Part shown: piece by piece, positions 29,804 through 39,608 of the stretch | Layout of the letters: each line of letters starts with the position of its first letter | How positions within the stretch are numbered: position 1 is the first letter of the stretch | Source: a virus | Taxonomy: Duplodnaviria; Caudoviricetes | Direction: 5' to 3' (one strand) | DNA: 57,614 bases | IMG/VR virus record: IMGVR_UViG_3300028844_006223 | Location: 1-57,614 of that record | The notes under the pieces: generated by a model | What the model saw: the letters and a program-made list of their open reading frames with translations, nothing else | The model's database searches: none | What the model was told of the DNA's origin: nothing | Position numbers and translations under genes: made by a program

Positions 29804-30184
29804 ATGACAATGAAAGAACACTTTAAATTCAAAGAAGATATTGCAAGATTACTTATTGAACAAAATTCAGAGAAGCCTGTTCAAAAAATAATCAAAAAAA
29901 GGATTGTACCTAAGATGTCTCGTTTGAATGCAGATGTTCCATATCTAACTGAAGAGAAAATTGAAGATGCTTTTTATTCAGTTGAACCGAATAAAAAGAC
30001 AATCAAATTATTAAGATGGCTTTCCATTCAGGAAAACCTAGATGAAGCCTTTGAATTTTTTAAATCTCACCCAGATCGTTTCGAAGATTGTAATGATATT
30101 CTTTCCTCACAGAAAACAAATTTTGATAACTTTATTAAGAGTTTAATTGTAAAACATGAACAGGCAATCTCTCAAGGAGAATAA
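29804..30184 (+). CDS. Hypothetical protein
   Basis: Operon packing. Confidence 0.65.
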   Translation: MTMKEHFKFKEDIARLLIEQNSEKPVQKIIKKRIVPKMSRLNADVPYLTEEKIEDAFYSVEPNKKTIKLLRWLSIQENLDEAFEFFKSHPDRFEDCNDILSSQKTNFDNFIKSLIVKHEQAISQGE

Positions 30185-31199
30185 AAGCCTTCAGAAGGAA
30201 TTTGTCAATCGACTCTCACATTCGCTAAAAAATTTTAAATGGAAATCTGACGGAGCAAACTTTTCTTGTCCTATTTGTGGCGATAGTAAAAAGAATTCGA
30301 CAAAGGCCCGAGGCTATTTATTCTTAAAAGAAAATCTATATCGTTATTTTTGTCATAATTGCGGCTTCAGTGCCAAGTTTTCTTTCTTTCTCAAGAAAGT
30401 AAATCCTGCATTGCATAATCAATACATTCGTGAAATGTTTGCTGAGAATGCAAACACCGCTTACTCAAAAGAAGAGACCATTGTTTCTGTCCGATCAAAA
30501 GTTATTTCAAGTGAGCGTCCTGCTGAAAGTTCTGCTGAGATTCGAGCAGCATCAATTTCATCTTTGAGAGATGACCATGATGCGAAACAATATGTACTTC
30601 GACGAAAAATACCAGAGCAATATTTGAACTCATTGTATTATGTTCCTAACTTTGGTGATTGGGTTCGTAAGCACTATGATATGAATTATACTGGTGGTAA
30701 TGATGAACGAATAATCATACCCTTCTATGATGGTAAAAAACGTCTTGTGGCGTTTCAAGGTCGTGCGCTATCAGGCAATACAAGACTGAGATATATCACG
30801 ATAAAGATTAAAAAAAATGCACCAAAAATATTCAATTTTGATAGAGTTGATACAAGAAAAAAAATCTATGTTGTTGAAGGACCGATTGATGCAATGTTCT
30901 TGCCCAATGCAATTGCTATCGCAGGTTCTGATGTACCACCGGCTCTTGACCAACAAGGTTTTGATCTAGTCTTTGTTGCGGACCGTGAACCTCGCAATCC
31001 TGAAATCATCAAAAAAATTGCAAGCATGATTGACAGAAAATATAAAGTTGCTCTTCTTCCCGAGTCAATGACGGGAAAAGATATAAACGAATATATATTA
31101 AGAGGGTATACCACAAATCAAATTATATCAATGATTGACCGATTTACATTTGAAGGGCTTCAAGCAATCTTTCAACTCAAGCTTTGGCAAAAAATATGA
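30156..31199 (+). CDS. 61: DNA primase (T4 gp61-like)
   Basis: Zn ribbon CPICGDS...CHNCG; FQGR; TOPRIM VEGPIDAMF; KDINE. Confidence 0.95.
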   Translation: MNRQSLKENKSLQKEFVNRLSHSLKNFKWKSDGANFSCPICGDSKKNSTKARGYLFLKENLYRYFCHNCGFSAKFSFFLKKVNPALHNQYIREMFAENANTAYSKEETIVSVRSKVISSERPAESSAEIRAASISSLRDDHDAKQYVLRRKIPEQYLNSLYYVPNFGDWVRKHYDMNYTGGNDERIIIPFYDGKKRLVAFQGRALSGNTRLRYITIKIKKNAPKIFNFDRVDTRKKIYVVEGPIDAMFLPNAIAIAGSDVPPALDQQGFDLVFVADREPRNPEIIKKIASMIDRKYKVALLPESMTGKDINEYILRGYTTNQIISMIDRFTFEGLQAIFQLKLWQKI

Positions 31200-31642
31200 A
31201 TAGTTTTTCAGACCATTCAATTCATGAAAGTAAAGAAACAGCAAATAAACTTTTCAAAAAAATTGAGAAGTACATGGATGATTCTGACCATGAATACAAC
31301 TCGAAAGATTTTGATGAACATACTGCTGAGTTGTACCGCAAGATGACAAATGAATTGACTACTATATATAAACTAAGGTCAAGAAAATTTGCGTATGAAT
31401 ATTTGAAAGCTATTTTTGACGATGCAATGAAATCTTCAGAAGATCGAAAAATTGAATCTCAAGTTCGTAATATTCTGAAAGCTTGTAAGTCATTGGTATC
31501 AAAATCAAATTATGAAATCAATAAAAAAGAACACACAATTGGATCATATAAATTAAATCAAACAGAAGATATTGGACCGACAAATGTTGGAGTCAATTTG
31601 AACGACCAACGCATTCGTTTTAAGGTTAAATCAAAGACCTAA
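31196..31642 (+). CDS. Hypothetical protein
   Basis: ATGA overlap with the primase stop; begins MNSFSDHSIHE. Confidence 0.65.
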   Translation: MNSFSDHSIHESKETANKLFKKIEKYMDDSDHEYNSKDFDEHTAELYRKMTNELTTIYKLRSRKFAYEYLKAIFDDAMKSSEDRKIESQVRNILKACKSLVSKSNYEINKKEHTIGSYKLNQTEDIGPTNVGVNLNDQRIRFKVKSKT

Positions 31643-31698
31643 AATTGATAAATATTCTTACTGTTCTTAAATCATAACCGAACTATTGAGGATTATAC

Positions 31699-31932
31699 AT
31701 GGCGTGGTCAGACTTACAAGACGGATGGAACACAATTACACCAAAACCAAAAAAAATTGAAATATTTACAAGAGGCGGCCAAAGCTACTTAATACAAGAT
31801 ACGGATGTTCAACTTGATCATAATCCTTCTGGTGCAACCGGTACGATTTTCATAAAAGATAATCGTGGAACAGGTAAGGTTATGGTCATTATTGATAAAA
31901 GTGATATAGTCTCACTCGTAGTCAAAGAATAA
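31699..31932 (+). CDS. Hypothetical protein
   Basis: GAGGA RBS; GATAAATA late-type motif at 31647-31654. Confidence 0.7.
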   Translation: MAWSDLQDGWNTITPKPKKIEIFTRGGQSYLIQDTDVQLDHNPSGATGTIFIKDNRGTGKVMVIIDKSDIVSLVVKE

Positions 31933-32029
31933 CCCTTATAACAAATTAAAGCTTTTCGAACATGATGTTCATAGATCATGTTAATGGATTAGTACATTCT
32001 TTTTTTAACAAATTTTGTAGGAGAGTTGT

Positions 32030-34294
32030 ATGAGTGCCCAGATTTTGACGTTGCCAAATCAGAAGGATTCATTTTACGGTGTCACTATTACTGAAGACCG
32101 TAATGAACTTCTGTCTGAGATGGCAGTTAAAATGCTGAGTCAATTTTATTGTGATGATGGTGAAACACCACAAGAAGCATTTGCAAGGACTGCACTTTGT
32201 TTTTCTGATGGTGATACAGAATTAGCACAAAGATTATATGATGGTGTGTCAAAAGGTTGGTTTATGTTTGCCTCACCTGTATTATCAAATTCAGTATTAC
32301 CGGGCATTAAACCAAAAGCAATGCCAATATCATGCTTTCTTTTGGACATACAAGACAATTTAGAATCAATTATAGACCACTCAACTGAAGTTCGGTGGTT
32401 ATCAGTCAAGGGAGGAGGAATCGGAGCCAACTGGTCCAAGGTCCGTTCCGTATCAAACAAAGCTCCAGGACCTATGCCATTCTTACATACAATTGATGCG
32501 GACATGATAGCATACCGACAAGGTAAATGCTATCTACCAACAACACAAGTTCTCACAGACGATGGCTGGTGTAGGTTTGAAGATCTAACACCAGACAAAA
32601 GAGTAGCACAACTTGATGAAGAAGGAATTTCTTCTTGGGTTCCTGCTGATAAAATTGTGATGGAACCTCATAAAGGTGTGATGTATCGTTTTACAAATGA
32701 TAAAGATGTTTGTATTACAGTAACACCAGACCATTCAATGGTAATTTTCAACGGTGAAGGAGAGTCAAAGAAAGTTCGTGCTGAACATCTGTATCAATAT
32801 GATGATTGGTTTATTATGAAAGCAGAACAACTTCATGTTGGATTAACAGTATCTTGCAACAAAGAAGCAGTGCCGATCTATTCACTTCGTAAGTTCTCAT
32901 TTGATTGGGATGCTCTCGTATATTGCGTAACTGTACCAACAGGTAGAATTATGGTTCGTGATAGTCCACTCTTTGAGCCTATCATTTGTGGTAATACTCG
33001 CAAGGGTTCACTTTGTGCATTTCTTGATATCTCACATCCCGACATTATAGAATTCATTCACATGCGAGTACCAACTGGTGATGTGAATCGAAAAAATCTC
33101 AACCTTCATCATTCAATCAACATACCTGATGAATTCATGAGAGCAGTTGAGCGAGATGAAATGTGGGACTTGATCGATCCAAATGATGATACAGTTCGTG
33201 ATACAATTCGTGCGAGAGAGTTATGGGAAACTCTTCTCGAAATTCGATATCGTACAGGTGAGCCATGTATTCATTTTATTTCTGAATCAAATCGTCATCT
33301 ACCGCAATCACTTAAAGATCAAGGACTACGAATTAATAGTTCAAATCTTTGTCAGGAAATCACACTACCTACAAATGATGAAAGAACAGCAGTTTGTTGC
33401 TTATCATCATTGAATCTAGACAAGTTTGATGAGTGGAGAGATACATCACTTGTTGAAGATATGATCACAATGCTTGATAATGTTCTTCAATTCTTTATTG
33501 AACATGCACCAGATGAATTATCAAAAGCAAGATATTCTGCAACAAGAGAACGTTCATTAGGACTTGGTGCAATGGGCTTTCATTCTTGGCTACAGAAAAA
33601 CAATATTGCTTGGGAAAGTGAAAATGCAAGAGTTGAAAATGAAAGAATATTCTATCATATTGATCGTAAAGCAAAAGAGCAGACACACCGATTGGGTCAA
33701 CAAAAAGGTGAGTACCTTGACGGTGAGGGTACAGGAAGACGTAATGCACATCTGACTGCCATTGCGCCGAATGCTAACTCTGGTATGCTGCTTGGAGTCT
33801 CACCATCAATCGAACCATACAATGCCAATACATACACTCAAAGATCAAGAATTGGTTCTTATTTAATTAAAAATCCGTATCTTGCTAAAGTGTTGGCAAA
33901 GTATAATAAGAATACAGATGCAACATGGTCAAACATCATGTTGAATCGTGGGTCAGTTCAACACTTAAAGTTTCTATCTGACCATGAAAAGGCTGTATTT
34001 AAAACCGCAATGGAATTAGATCAAGCTACAGTTGTTCAACATGCTGCAGATCGACAAAAGTATATTGAGCAAGGTCAATCTGTAAATCTATTCTTTCCTG
34101 CTAAAATGGACAAGGCGAGTCTATTAAAGGTTCACTATTTCGCATGGAAAAATAAACTTAAAACTTTATACTATCTACGAACAGAAGCTGAACATCGTGT
34201 TGAAAATGTTTCATCAAAAGTTGAAAGAGATGCTTTGCGAGACTACGTTGACAAATCAGCGGAAGGAGATGAATGTCTGGATTGTCAGGGCTAA
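32030..34294 (+). CDS. nrdA: Class Ia ribonucleotide reductase alpha subunit containing an intein
   Basis: PISCFL, GGGIG, SNLCQEI, VCCLSS, APNANS, TLYYLR, C-terminal CLDC. Confidence 0.95.
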   Translation: MSAQILTLPNQKDSFYGVTITEDRNELLSEMAVKMLSQFYCDDGETPQEAFARTALCFSDGDTELAQRLYDGVSKGWFMFASPVLSNSVLPGIKPKAMPISCFLLDIQDNLESIIDHSTEVRWLSVKGGGIGANWSKVRSVSNKAPGPMPFLHTIDADMIAYRQGKCYLPTTQVLTDDGWCRFEDLTPDKRVAQLDEEGISSWVPADKIVMEPHKGVMYRFTNDKDVCITVTPDHSMVIFNGEGESKKVRAEHLYQYDDWFIMKAEQLHVGLTVSCNKEAVPIYSLRKFSFDWDALVYCVTVPTGRIMVRDSPLFEPIICGNTRKGSLCAFLDISHPDIIEFIHMRVPTGDVNRKNLNLHHSINIPDEFMRAVERDEMWDLIDPNDDTVRDTIRARELWETLLEIRYRTGEPCIHFISESNRHLPQSLKDQGLRINSSNLCQEITLPTNDERTAVCCLSSLNLDKFDEWRDTSLVEDMITMLDNVLQFFIEHAPDELSKARYSATRERSLGLGAMGFHSWLQKNNIAWESENARVENERIFYHIDRKAKEQTHRLGQQKGEYLDGEGTGRRNAHLTAIAPNANSGMLLGVSPSIEPYNANTYTQRSRIGSYLIKNPYLAKVLAKYNKNTDATWSNIMLNRGSVQHLKFLSDHEKAVFKTAMELDQATVVQHAADRQKYIEQGQSVNLFFPAKMDKASLLKVHYFAWKNKLKTLYYLRTEAEHRVENVSSKVERDALRDYVDKSAEGDECLDCQG
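32528..32995 (+). mobile_element. Mini-intein (156 aa, no homing endonuclease) in NrdA
   Basis: Interrupts YRQGK|TRKGS; begins CYLPTTQVLT, block B VTPDH, block F VYCVTV, ends ICGN with +1 Thr. Confidence 0.9.
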
Positions 34295-34704
34295 AATCAT
34301 TTAGCACCTTTATCACTGAAGTTACAGATATTTCTCAAGACCATGAACATGGAAATGTTGATGCTTATGTTGTTGATACAAATCGTGAGCAATTGAAAAA
34401 TTTTCTTTCATCGAATGGTGTACCCGAAACAATTACGAAACAATATCTCAATAAGTTTCGTAGAGTTGGAATCATCAAGAATATGGAAGTTGAACTTGAA
34501 AACAGAGGTAAAGGAATTGGCAAGAAGCTTTTTGATCAAGTGATTGACCAAGCATATGATGAGGGTGCGGAAGCAATCTTTCTAATTGCTGATGTAGGCG
34601 AAAAGAATCAATTTGATTTGGTTCGATGGTATCAATCATACGGGTTTGACAAAATTGCAAAAACAACGAATTCAGACTATCTAATGATCTTACATGAGGA
34701 ATAA
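34273..34704 (+). CDS. GNAT-family acetyltransferase with capsid-targeting-like leader
   Basis: V..ENRGKGIGKKL acetyl-CoA motif; WYQSYGF; leader LKSFSTFITE. Confidence 0.8.
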   Translation: MSGLSGLKSFSTFITEVTDISQDHEHGNVDAYVVDTNREQLKNFLSSNGVPETITKQYLNKFRRVGIIKNMEVELENRGKGIGKKLFDQVIDQAYDEGAEAIFLIADVGEKNQFDLVRWYQSYGFDKIAKTTNSDYLMILHEE

Positions 34705-34705
34705 A

Positions 34706-35020
34706 ATGAACGTTTTAATATACACTAAACCAGGATGTGATTATTGTATGGATGCGGTTGAATGGTTTGCCTCAAGAGGTATTGAATATTCTCTCGTACA
34801 TACCGATTCACCATTTGAACAAAAACAACTAAAAGCAAGGCTCACAAGAGAGCATAAAATTAACATCAGAACTTTTCCTCAAATCTTTGTTGATGGTGAA
34901 TATATTGGAGGTCAACAAGATTTGATGAAAAAACAGTCATACATTTTAAAAAAATTTAAAGAGGAAGATGCAAGTCCACATTTACTCAAAAACGGGTTGC
35001 GATTATTGCCAGAAGGCTAA
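34706..35020 (+). CDS. Glutaredoxin
   Basis: CDYC, TFPQIF, YIGG; GAGGA RBS before ATG 34706. Confidence 0.88.
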   Translation: MNVLIYTKPGCDYCMDAVEWFASRGIEYSLVHTDSPFEQKQLKARLTREHKINIRTFPQIFVDGEYIGGQQDLMKKQSYILKKFKEEDASPHLLKNGLRLLPEG

Positions 35021-36188
35021 AGATTGGTTTCGTATTAATCAAATTGAATATAACGAAACGTTACTTGATGATCAAAATGAAAGAATGGATTTCTATCAAA
35101 AGATTTCAAATGGTAAAGAAGTCAATAGTGTTCCACAAATTTTTATTGATGAAAAACATATAGGTGGTTACGTTGACTTAGTTAATCAAGAAGATTTTTT
35201 ACTTAAAAAGGCCTTTGGTGGTCTTGAAACAAGTTCAGTAACTTATAAGCCATTTCGGTATCCTTGGGCAGTTGACATGGCTCAACAGCATGAAAAAATT
35301 CATTGGATTCCAGAAGAGGTTTCTCTTGAAGATGATGTTCATGATTGGAAATCAAAAAAACTTTCACAAGGTGAGAAAGATTTCATTCGTAGTGTGTTGA
35401 CATTGTTTGTTCAAAGTGATGTCAATGTAGGTGAAAACTATATCAATTACTATCTAAAGATCTTTAAGAACAATGAAATTCGCAAAATGTTGGCAAGCTT
35501 TGCTGCCCGTGAATTCATTCATCAAGAAGCGTATGCTTTGTTCAATGATACAATTGGATTTCCTGAAAGTGATTACAGCGCCTTCTTAGATATTGAACAG
35601 ATGAGAGACAAACATGACTTCATGCTTGATATTGATATTCATTCAAAAGAAGGTATTGGTTTATCAATTGCAAAATCTGTTATCAATGAAGGCCTTGTGT
35701 TGTTCAGTTCTTTCGCCATGTTATTGAATTTTCAAAGATTTGGTAAATTGAAAGGATTTGGTAAGATCAATGAGTGGTCTATTCGTGATGAGAACTTACA
35801 TGCACAGGGAATGGCTAAATTGTTTAAAACATATTGCAATGAAAATCCACGAGTTGTCAATGATGATTTTAAGAAGAAAATTTACAGTATGGTTCGTACC
35901 GCTGTAAAACTTGAAGATATCTTTATTGAAAGAGCCTTCGGCTTTTCTGAAATGGAAGGTTTGACAATTGAGGAAATGAAGATGTATATTCGTTACATGG
36001 CAGACAGAAGATTAATTCAACTTGGTATGAAAGGTAATTATAAAGTAAAAGATAATCCATTATCATGGCTTGATTTTATTTTAAATGCTCCAGACCATAC
36101 TAACTTTTTTGAAAATCGAGTAACTGAATATTCCGTTGGAGGTTTAACTGGTAAATTCAGTTATGACTTTTTAGAGGAAGCGGCATGA
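34968..36188 (+). CDS. nrdB: Glutaredoxin-fused ribonucleotide reductase beta subunit
   Basis: N-terminal CDYC/VPQIF/HIGG; then YKPFRYPW, E.IHQEAY, EG..LFSSF, RDENLH, NFFE. Confidence 0.93.
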   Translation: MQVHIYSKTGCDYCQKAKDWFRINQIEYNETLLDDQNERMDFYQKISNGKEVNSVPQIFIDEKHIGGYVDLVNQEDFLLKKAFGGLETSSVTYKPFRYPWAVDMAQQHEKIHWIPEEVSLEDDVHDWKSKKLSQGEKDFIRSVLTLFVQSDVNVGENYINYYLKIFKNNEIRKMLASFAAREFIHQEAYALFNDTIGFPESDYSAFLDIEQMRDKHDFMLDIDIHSKEGIGLSIAKSVINEGLVLFSSFAMLLNFQRFGKLKGFGKINEWSIRDENLHAQGMAKLFKTYCNENPRVVNDDFKKKIYSMVRTAVKLEDIFIERAFGFSEMEGLTIEEMKMYIRYMADRRLIQLGMKGNYKVKDNPLSWLDFILNAPDHTNFFENRVTEYSVGGLTGKFSYDFLEEAA

Positions 36189-36886
36189 CCCATTTCTTAG
36201 TTAAGCTTGATCGAAAGGTCAAGCTTGTATTTTTACTTTACTTTTTCTTTGCAGGTTTTTGGACATTAAACGGATTTGATAAATTCTTCAATGGAGAATT
36301 TCGGCATGATACAAATCCAAATGTAGCAAAGTTTGCAATTCTTGATGCAGAAACAGGTGAGTTAGAATATCGAATTCACAAGTATCGAGTACATGGTCTC
36401 TTTGGTGTGAATCGTGATGAAGCATTTCGAGAATACTTCTCTCAGTTAGGTCTATCCTATGAGGTCTCTCAGTATGCTCTCTACACAATTAGCTATATTG
36501 AAATCGTTCTTGGATTGGTCTTTCTTTATATTTTCATAAGGTCAATTCTTGGAATCAAGAATGAATATTCAAAACGAACCTTGTATGGTACAAGAACTCT
36601 TCACCGCTTGGCATTCAAAATTTCAACTTTATTGTTCACATCATTTGTCATGTTTGATAATCTTACTGGTGACAGATTTGAGAACCTGGAGCACTCGATT
36701 TTCTTCTTGTTGTTGCTCTTTACATACTATCTATTTTTACAAGCAGAGAAGATTGAAAAGGTTGAATATGACCAGCTGATTAAGGGTTGGGAGGGTGAGA
36801 AGAATCGCCGTTCAAATTCTGTTCAATATGCTGGTGTTGATCGACGTGCCGAAAGAAAATTAGATCATGCCAAAGAACTTCATTGA
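36185..36886 (+). CDS. Multi-pass membrane protein (DoxX-like topology)
   Basis: Four hydrophobic segments; G.DKF and IEIVLGL; C-terminal YAGVDRR. Confidence 0.55.
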   Translation: MTHFLVKLDRKVKLVFLLYFFFAGFWTLNGFDKFFNGEFRHDTNPNVAKFAILDAETGELEYRIHKYRVHGLFGVNRDEAFREYFSQLGLSYEVSQYALYTISYIEIVLGLVFLYIFIRSILGIKNEYSKRTLYGTRTLHRLAFKISTLLFTSFVMFDNLTGDRFENLEHSIFFLLLLFTYYLFLQAEKIEKVEYDQLIKGWEGEKNRRSNSVQYAGVDRRAERKLDHAKELH

Positions 36887-36891
36887 TTACG

Positions 36892-37176
36892 TCAGCCTCT
36901 CGGAATCCCACCATAAAAACGTTTGTGACCAGTCGGAAAAGGTGGGCGAATTGGTTCTCGATAAATTGTTTTTGGAAAAATTGGTTCTGTACAACAGTTT
37001 GTATAGGCATTCTTCAGTATACGATTAATGCGAGGTGATCCTTTTGGAGATGGTTGCTGTTGAGCTTTCAACGAAAACGTAATCATCTCCTCAATTCTTT
37101 TCTGTTCTGTTCTTCTGTCAGCATCACTCATACCCATCAAGACAAACGCACTGAGAATAATAATAAGTTTTTTCAT
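36892..37176 (-). CDS. Putative secreted small protein
   Basis: Signal-peptide-like MKKLIIILSAFVLMG; ATGA coupling to the upstream ORF. Confidence 0.6.
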   Translation of the reverse strand: MKKLIIILSAFVLMGMSDADRRTEQKRIEEMITFSLKAQQQPSPKGSPRINRILKNAYTNCCTEPIFPKTIYREPIRPPFPTGHKRFYGGIPRG

Positions 37177-37292
37177 TTTGTTTCTTTGTGTTGAATCCAC
37201 CTTTTATCTTTTTCAACAATTTCTTTGAGTATAAACAGAATTGCTCCTGTTCCCACAACATGCATAATCACAAGTGCTATTGTTTCAAACAT
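37173..37292 (-). CDS. Small single-pass membrane protein (39 aa, MFETIALVIMHVV...)
   Basis: Read by hand; GGAG RBS. Confidence 0.5.
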   Translation of the reverse strand: MFETIALVIMHVVGTGAILFILKEIVEKDKRWIQHKETK

Positions 37293-37300
37293 TTTGTCTC

Positions 37301-37528
37301 CTAGTAATGTCCGTGGTCACGGATAAATTCATACTCTAAATCGATCTGAATATCTTCAAGTGTAATGTCAAGGCTTGTGAATGAATCTTTTGCTTCACGA
37401 ATTGCCTTTCCTAGATCCGCTCTGTCTTTACCATTTGGCATTTTCTCATAAAGCGCAATGGCAAATTTGAATGTTTCAGGTGCAGATTTTATTTCTGCGA
37501 GTATTTCTGAGATTTCTTTTTCGTCCAT
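37301..37528 (-). CDS. Hypothetical protein
   Basis: 75 aa helical-looking ORF with AGGA upstream. Confidence 0.6.
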   Translation of the reverse strand: MDEKEISEILAEIKSAPETFKFAIALYEKMPNGKDRADLGKAIREAKDSFTSLDITLEDIQIDLEYEFIRDHGHY

Positions 37529-37623
37529 TGGCTACTTTCCTGAATTGCTTGTTTGGCCCATTTAGGCAAATCTTTGAATTTGTAAGAAGTCACACCAATT
37601 TGTTCTTCGGGATCTATTCCCAT
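37489..37623 (-). CDS. Small hypothetical protein (44 aa, MGIDPEEQIG...)
   Basis: Read by hand; AGGA RBS. Confidence 0.4.
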   Translation of the reverse strand: MGIDPEEQIGVTSYKFKDLPKWAKQAIQESSQWTKKKSQKYSQK

Positions 37624-37721
37624 AAGTTTCCTTTTTATTTAAAAAAATGTAGATAACAATAATAAAAACATTATATAACAAAACAATGTACAAAAAACAC
37701 AATTAATTTTATATTGTAAAT

Positions 37722-37907
37722 TCATAAGTTCTCTCCATTAACTTTAAATCCAAAAGGATGTGACGCTTCCCAAAAGAACAAAAGGAATATTAAAAAACCA
37801 ATTGCATAAATTACCGAACCAGTTACAAAAATAAAAACAAACCACTCACGCATACTTGTCGGAAATGTTGGTAAATAGTCTCTTAATTTTTTTGCTTTAA
37901 ACTTCAT
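37722..37907 (-). CDS. Small membrane protein
   Basis: Long hydrophobic stretch; abuts the upstream gene. Confidence 0.6.
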   Translation of the reverse strand: MKFKAKKLRDYLPTFPTSMREWFVFIFVTGSVIYAIGFLIFLLFFWEASHPFGFKVNGENL

Positions 37908-37908
37908 A

Positions 37909-38520
37909 TTACTTTACTAAGATTGTAAATTCAATTGGCGACATCTCAGTGACATTTGTTCCTGAGAGTAGATAACCATACAAATCAGTTTTATAAACAA
38001 GTGTAATATCTGATGTATTATCAGGATTTACATTTGCTTTATCCAATGTCATTTCATCTTTAATAATAGTATATGTAAAAAACCCGGTTGATGTTGTCGA
38101 GAAATTATCTGCCGATGGTGTAACACCTGATTGATTCATTACATATTGATTTGAACCATTTGCATAAAATGTTAGTGTTGGCATCGCACCGAGAGTCCAA
38201 TTAACAGCGGTGACGTTTGCCGTACTATCATCAAACATTGCGATTGATGAATCTGAATTATTTGAAACATTATTTAAAACATCTTCTGATGTTGCAGCAG
38301 ATGTAGAAGAAGATGTATTGTTGACCTCTGTTGTAGTGGTCGTTGTATTATTGGTAACTGTTACGCTTGTGTGATTGTCACGAATGATTTCAGTATATTC
38401 CGTAAGAGTATGGTTATCCCGAATGTCAGTCATCTGCACTTCTTCTTTGTTTTCGGGGAAAGCATCTCGACAACCAATCAAGCCAATTACAGCCAATCCT
38501 AAAACCATAAGTTTAAACAT
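37909..38520 (-). CDS. Lipoprotein, Ser/Thr/Asn-rich
   Basis: Lipobox LIGC at Cys17; IRDNHT occurs twice. Confidence 0.75.
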   Translation of the reverse strand: MFKLMVLGLAVIGLIGCRDAFPENKEEVQMTDIRDNHTLTEYTEIIRDNHTSVTVTNNTTTTTTEVNNTSSSTSAATSEDVLNNVSNNSDSSIAMFDDSTANVTAVNWTLGAMPTLTFYANGSNQYVMNQSGVTPSADNFSTTSTGFFTYTIIKDEMTLDKANVNPDNTSDITLVYKTDLYGYLLSGTNVTEMSPIEFTILVK

Positions 38521-38537
38521 AGTACCTTTATCTTTAA

Positions 38538-39608
38538 TTATTTTTTCTTTATCTCTCTTAAATATCTCGATATGATTCGTGTGTCCTTTTCAAGCTCATC
38601 ATAATCAAGGACTTTGATTGGAAACTTAAATTGACTTTTCCATTCATGTAATGTTTTACCAATCTTTTTGACATCATTGATCGCATCATCGGTCATAAAG
38701 CAATACACAATCTCAAAATCACTCACTACAATTTCATCATAATCAATACTTTTTTCTCTTTTCTTAACATTCTTTTTTGCTACAGTAGCAGGCCACTTTA
38801 ATACATACTCAACAAAGATTGATTTCCATTCATCTTTGCTTGTGATGATTTTTTCCATCTCATCTAGATATTTCTTAATATACTGTTGCTTGACTGCACC
38901 CGGTATATCGTGCTTTCGAAGTGTTGCATACTTCTCTTCACCTTTGTTTTTCGCAGGTTCTCTTTTCGATTCGTATTTATTTCTCAGTTCATCAACCAAC
39001 TTATCTTTCATTTGCCTCAATGCAAAAAGCAATGCTGATACTGTTTGAATTGAATAAGAGTCACCACGAAATACTGCCTCTGGTGTAATTGCTCCATTTC
39101 CAATATCAAGAACTCGTTTACCTTGTTTGTCAACTTTGCTCATAATATCTTGGTCAAGACCACCAACAGCCTGACCTTTGACAATTGCAATTACGCCACC
39201 ACCATTATCAGACCAAATACCATCAACAAGTGTACCAAAATTATCAACCGTATAAGTTGAAATTTGTTTTGTTCTTCTCTTTTGTATCTTTAATAAGTTT
39301 TCAAGTCCTTTAACACCTGTTGAATGTGCTGCAGTAATTTTAATTGCAGAAGTAAATCTTTCAAATAATCTTGCATTTAATGGTATATTAAATGCACGGT
39401 CTCCTTTTTTCTGAAAGATATATTGTGTCCTCTCTGTTGCAAATCCTTTTGAGTTAATATCCTTTTCATCATTTTCATCATAACTTGGATCACCAAATTG
39501 ATCTGCAGCAATCAAAGCTTCCGATTCATAGAACAAATGATCAAACAATGACCTTTGCCATTGAACCTTTTCAATAAGGTATTCAGTAAAGCTATTGAAT
39601 GTTTTCAC
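38538..39608 (-). CDS. Hypothetical protein with capsid-targeting-like leader
   Basis: GTG start; MKTFNSFTEYLIE. Confidence 0.7.
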   Translation of the reverse strand: MKTFNSFTEYLIEKVQWQRSLFDHLFYESEALIAADQFGDPSYDENDEKDINSKGFATERTQYIFQKKGDRAFNIPLNARLFERFTSAIKITAAHSTGVKGLENLLKIQKRRTKQISTYTVDNFGTLVDGIWSDNGGGVIAIVKGQAVGGLDQDIMSKVDKQGKRVLDIGNGAITPEAVFRGDSYSIQTVSALLFALRQMKDKLVDELRNKYESKREPAKNKGEEKYATLRKHDIPGAVKQQYIKKYLDEMEKIITSKDEWKSIFVEYVLKWPATVAKKNVKKREKSIDYDEIVVSDFEIVYCFMTDDAINDVKKIGKTLHEWKSQFKFPIKVLDYDELEKDTRIISRYLREIKKK

